DNA of 64,000 nt from Basidiobolus meristosporus CBS 931.73 (lineage: Eukaryota > Fungi > Basidiobolomycota), in the NCBI GenBank assembly GCA_002104905.1, contig MCFE01000157.1, positions 62,001-126,000 of the forward strand, in the 5' to 3' direction. Within the stretch, counting starts at the first letter, position 1, and every line of letters begins with the position of its first letter. The notes beneath the pieces are model-generated. The model was not told where the DNA came from. It was given only the letters and a program-made list of their open reading frames with translations, and made no database searches. Made by a program: the position numbers and the translations under genes. This document shows positions 60,918 through 64,000 of this stretch, in pieces.

Positions 60918-62081
60918 ATGGAAAGCGAACACCCAGCCAAGATGGAGACCAAGTGGGTCCAAGTAAATCCTGAAGCATACACTTTCGCCGCCGACTTGGA
61001 GAAGCCCCAGTATGTGGACCCTCCCAAAGAGGACCCTTTGATAGAAGCGGCCAAGCTTTTGGCTGACAAGGAGGTGGTCGCAGTGCCAACCGAGACGGTC
61101 TACGGTCTGGCCGGAAATGCATTCTGCGAAACTAGCGTACGAAAGATATTCGAAGTGAAGAACCGCCCAGCAGACAACCCCCTGATCGTTCACGTCTCCT
61201 CGTTGGAGATGTTGAGGTCTTTACTTCCCGAAGGGAAGATCCCTGAAGTATATACCGAGGTCATCCGAAAGTTCTGGCCAGGTCCGCTAACCATCCTCCT
61301 CCCTTGCTCGGAATTGATCCCTTCAGTAGTCACTTGCAACCAGCCCACCGTTGCTATTCGCTTTCCTTCCCACCCGGTGGCTCGTGCCTTGATCGACTTG
61401 TGCGGCTTCCCACTTGCTGCACCCTCGGCTAATTCCTCAGGAAAGCCCTCACCGACCTTGGCCAAACACGTATACAAAGATCTGAATGGGAAGATCCCAT
61501 TCATCATAGACGGCGGTCAATGTGACGTGGGACTGGAATCCACCGTGTTGGATGCTCTTAGAAATCCACCAGTCATTCTACGACCAGGCGGGGTCACTTA
61601 TGAGGAGCTGGTGAAAATCCCTGGATATTCTGATCTGAAGGTATACAAAAAGGATTTCGTCGACAAAGCACTGGAAATGGTACCCACCACACCTGGTATG
61701 AAGTACCGCCACTACTCCCCCGAGGCGGAGGTGGTTCTGTTCGAGAGCGAGACGGATGCCATGGAGCATAACACCAAGTTGGCCGCCATGCAGGAAGAGA
61801 TCAAGGCGTTGGAGAAACTTGGAAAAAGCAAATTTGGCATTCTAAGAACCACCCCTATCGGCGCTCAACCCACACATTACGGTGACATGGAGTATGTGGA
61901 GTTGCCCATGGGTGACGCTCGCCAGCCAGACCTGGTTGCCAAGGAATTGTTCAAAGCTTTTAGATATTTGGATGAGATGAATGTGGATTCCATCCTTGTG
62001 GAGGGAATCGCCGAGTCCGACGAAGGCCTCGCCGTGATGAATCGCTTGAGAAAAGCCGCCTCACGGATCATCAAATGCTAG
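60918..62081 (+). CDS. SUA5: Threonylcarbamoyl-AMP synthase (YrdC plus SUA5 domains), intronless
   Basis: PTETVYGL, KNRPADNPLIVH, APSANSSGKPSPT, PGMKYRHYSP; first ATG at 60918. Confidence 0.95.
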   Translation: MESEHPAKMETKWVQVNPEAYTFAADLEKPQYVDPPKEDPLIEAAKLLADKEVVAVPTETVYGLAGNAFCETSVRKIFEVKNRPADNPLIVHVSSLEMLRSLLPEGKIPEVYTEVIRKFWPGPLTILLPCSELIPSVVTCNQPTVAIRFPSHPVARALIDLCGFPLAAPSANSSGKPSPTLAKHVYKDLNGKIPFIIDGGQCDVGLESTVLDALRNPPVILRPGGVTYEELVKIPGYSDLKVYKKDFVDKALEMVPTTPGMKYRHYSPEAEVVLFESETDAMEHNTKLAAMQEEIKALEKLGKSKFGILRTTPIGAQPTHYGDMEYVELPMGDARQPDLVAKELFKAFRYLDEMNVDSILVEGIAESDEGLAVMNRLRKAASRIIKC

Positions 62082-62301
62082 AGTCTCTCATTTAATCCCC
62101 TTCATGTCCCCCCCACAACCTATTAATGTACCATAAGCTTCATCATGTAAGAACTCTCGTTGATTTTGGACTCCTGGTGGTGATGGCTCCTTTACTACTC
62201 ATAATCTTCTTTCGTGTCACTGATAAAAATACACTTGATCACAACAATACTGCGTCTCCGATGGTTTATTGATATTATATGCGAAGGTGGCTGAGGGTTG
62301 T

Positions 62302-62907
62302 TCATTTCTTGGGGAACTTCTCTCCCTGAAGAGTAACCACCAATCTTCTGGAGCCGCCGTGGTCGCGGTGTTCACAGAGCCAGATCCTAGGTGAAATAAA
62401 CTGTTGTGAATACTAGCCAAGGAAGCAGGCTTAATCTTTTAATTACCCTTGCCATGTACCGAGGGCTAGACGGCCATTGCAGATGGGAATGTTCAGCGAC
62501 ACGCCAAATAGGGAGCTCTTTACGTGACCGGGCTGGGAAACGGAGTTAGTCGCTATTCGAGAAGGTGTACTTCAAGTTCAATGTACCATATCATCGGCGC
62601 CCTCCATAGTGTGTATGTAAGGCGCATTTTCTGGCGCCAAGCGGTTCAGCATCATCTCCATATCAACTCTCACATCTGGATCACAGTTCTCGTTGATGGT
62701 GAGCGAGGCGCTACTATGTTGCACTTGAAAATCAACCGGTCAGGAAAGCGCACTTCATAAACCACCCCTGAAGAACTTACGGAAGAAATTCGCCATGCCG
62801 ACTTTGTACTCTTTCAGCTGTGGAACTTGGGCCAGGATTTCATCTGTGACCAGGTGGCAGCCTCGTCTCTTCGCGGAAAATCGTACATTCGCTTGTGCCC
62901 AAGACAT
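62302..62907 (-). CDS. yjbQ: YjbQ/UPF0047 family protein, 144 aa, 4 exons (62907-62781, 62723-62587, 62532-62447, 62386-62302); not in the ORF track
   Basis: Hand-spliced translation [68 protein letters not shown]. All introns are GT..AG and the exons total 435 nt. Confidence 0.92.
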
Positions 62908-63189
62908 ATCTTTTCGGCTTCTTCGTTGACTAGGTTTGGTTTGGCTGGTTATGTTATGGTCAAGAACTCGAAGGCTCAGTAACGGACAACAACCTGCTAT
63001 TGGAGTGCAAATGATGACATATTTGCGTTCATCCGATCGAAAATGATGATGATGAGACTTGCTGATCAGGAATTTTTCGCCTCCTACACAGCTCTCGTTT
63101 AATCATGTTGATGGGTCTCGACCAATCACGTGGAGAGGATGCTATGTAAGTATATTCACCTTTCCAAGTCCTTTGTAGTTTAGGGCAAA
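62908..63189. promoter_or_regulatory. Short divergent (bidirectional) promoter region between yjbQ and MED17
   Basis: 282 bp between the two start codons; contains CCAAT (63122..63126) abutting CACGTG (63127..63132). Confidence 0.45.
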
Positions 63190-64000
63190 ATGGGAGAGAA
63201 CGAAGTGGAGGAATCGGCCGCCAAGCGCCTAAAGCTTTCAGTCGAAAGACTCGAAGATCCGGTGCCTCTAGATATCACTGAGCGTGGCGAACACATCCCG
63301 CAACCGTTAGTCCCCTTTACCTTCCTAGCCTATCGAAAGCTTTCCTAACACATTCACCCGCATTCCATTTCATACTTTTGGTACTTTTTCTCTCCGAACT
63401 CCAGGGAAAATTCTTTGCAAGAACGTCTGACTCAACAGATCCATAGAGTTTGGGAGGAGCGTAGGGATTTTGCTCAGCTAGACGAGGAGGACTTGGTGAA
63501 TGGTAAGAACGAAGAGGATTCACCCAAAGAGGAGTCCACCGAGCTGAACGAGCAGAGAGGTGATAAAAATGTTGCGCCTGGACAAAATTTCTGGGAGATG
63601 CGTAACGCGCTTCACAGCCGTTTATGGTTGGTTTTAGCTAGAATTGGTCTGTGGTTTGAGCAGGAATAGACCTTTTTATTTTCTAGGCATGCACAGTCAG
63701 AAATTGCTGTCGCACTCGACGTAGTTCACGTGCTTCTCTCTGCGACACGACCAGCCGCTTCCTTGACTCCTAATCCCCTTCCATTACAACCAAACACCTT
63801 ATCCTACACTTACATTAATAAGCCCCGTCCTACGGTTAGAACCCAGCTAGAAAATGCGAAACTGCATATGGGTGCCAAGCAGAAGGTTTGTACCCCGGGA
63901 ACAGCCAGTACACGCAGCCCCTACTGACCTCGCTTCTCCGCCGGAAACAGCAACTGAAAAACGCCAGCTCAATTCTGCTTCGAGGGGCGACCACTTTGGA
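63190..64000 (+). CDS. MED17: Mediator subunit 17 (Srb4), 5' part, multi-exon, runs off the window
   Basis: KRLKLSVE, LTQQIHRVWEERRDFAQLDEE, MRNALHSRL and AQSEIAVALDVVHVLLS resemble the Med17 N-terminal region. Confidence 0.75.

Noticed and set aside
1-64000. tRNA, rRNA or other structured ncRNA genes
   Set aside because: None recognised by eye; tRNAscan-SE/Infernal would be needed to exclude them.

Overview
Eukaryotic, almost certainly fungal DNA (short GT..AG introns with CTAAC-type branch points; an early-diverging lineage is my inference, not established). The window has two sharply different domains. (1) About 1-45.3 kb is an almost CpG-free graveyard of nested, decayed transposons: many copies of a CMC/EnSpm(CACTA)-type DNA transposon with CCCTA termini and a head-to-head second gene, a Ty3/Gypsy element with both LTRs, a second Gypsy relic, two Ty1/Copia relics, a piggyBac-type element with TTAA target duplication, a family of ~730-bp foldback elements and an unclassified repeat. 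No intact TE ORF remains. (2) About 45.3-64 kb is CpG-rich and gene-dense. It opens with a five-gene intronless cluster: phnY-like (-), PAP2 (+), PAP2 (+), phnY-like (+), phnZ-like (-). This looks like a fungal organophosphonate/phosphorus-scavenging locus, and both duplicate pairs are locally homogenised. It is followed by intron-containing housekeeping genes: insulysin/STE23, two beta-carbonic anhydrases, SUA5 (intronless), a YjbQ/UPF0047 gene absent from the ORF track, and the 5' part of MED17. All alignments and counts were done by eye; TE boundaries not anchored by a TIR, TSD or LTR are approximate.
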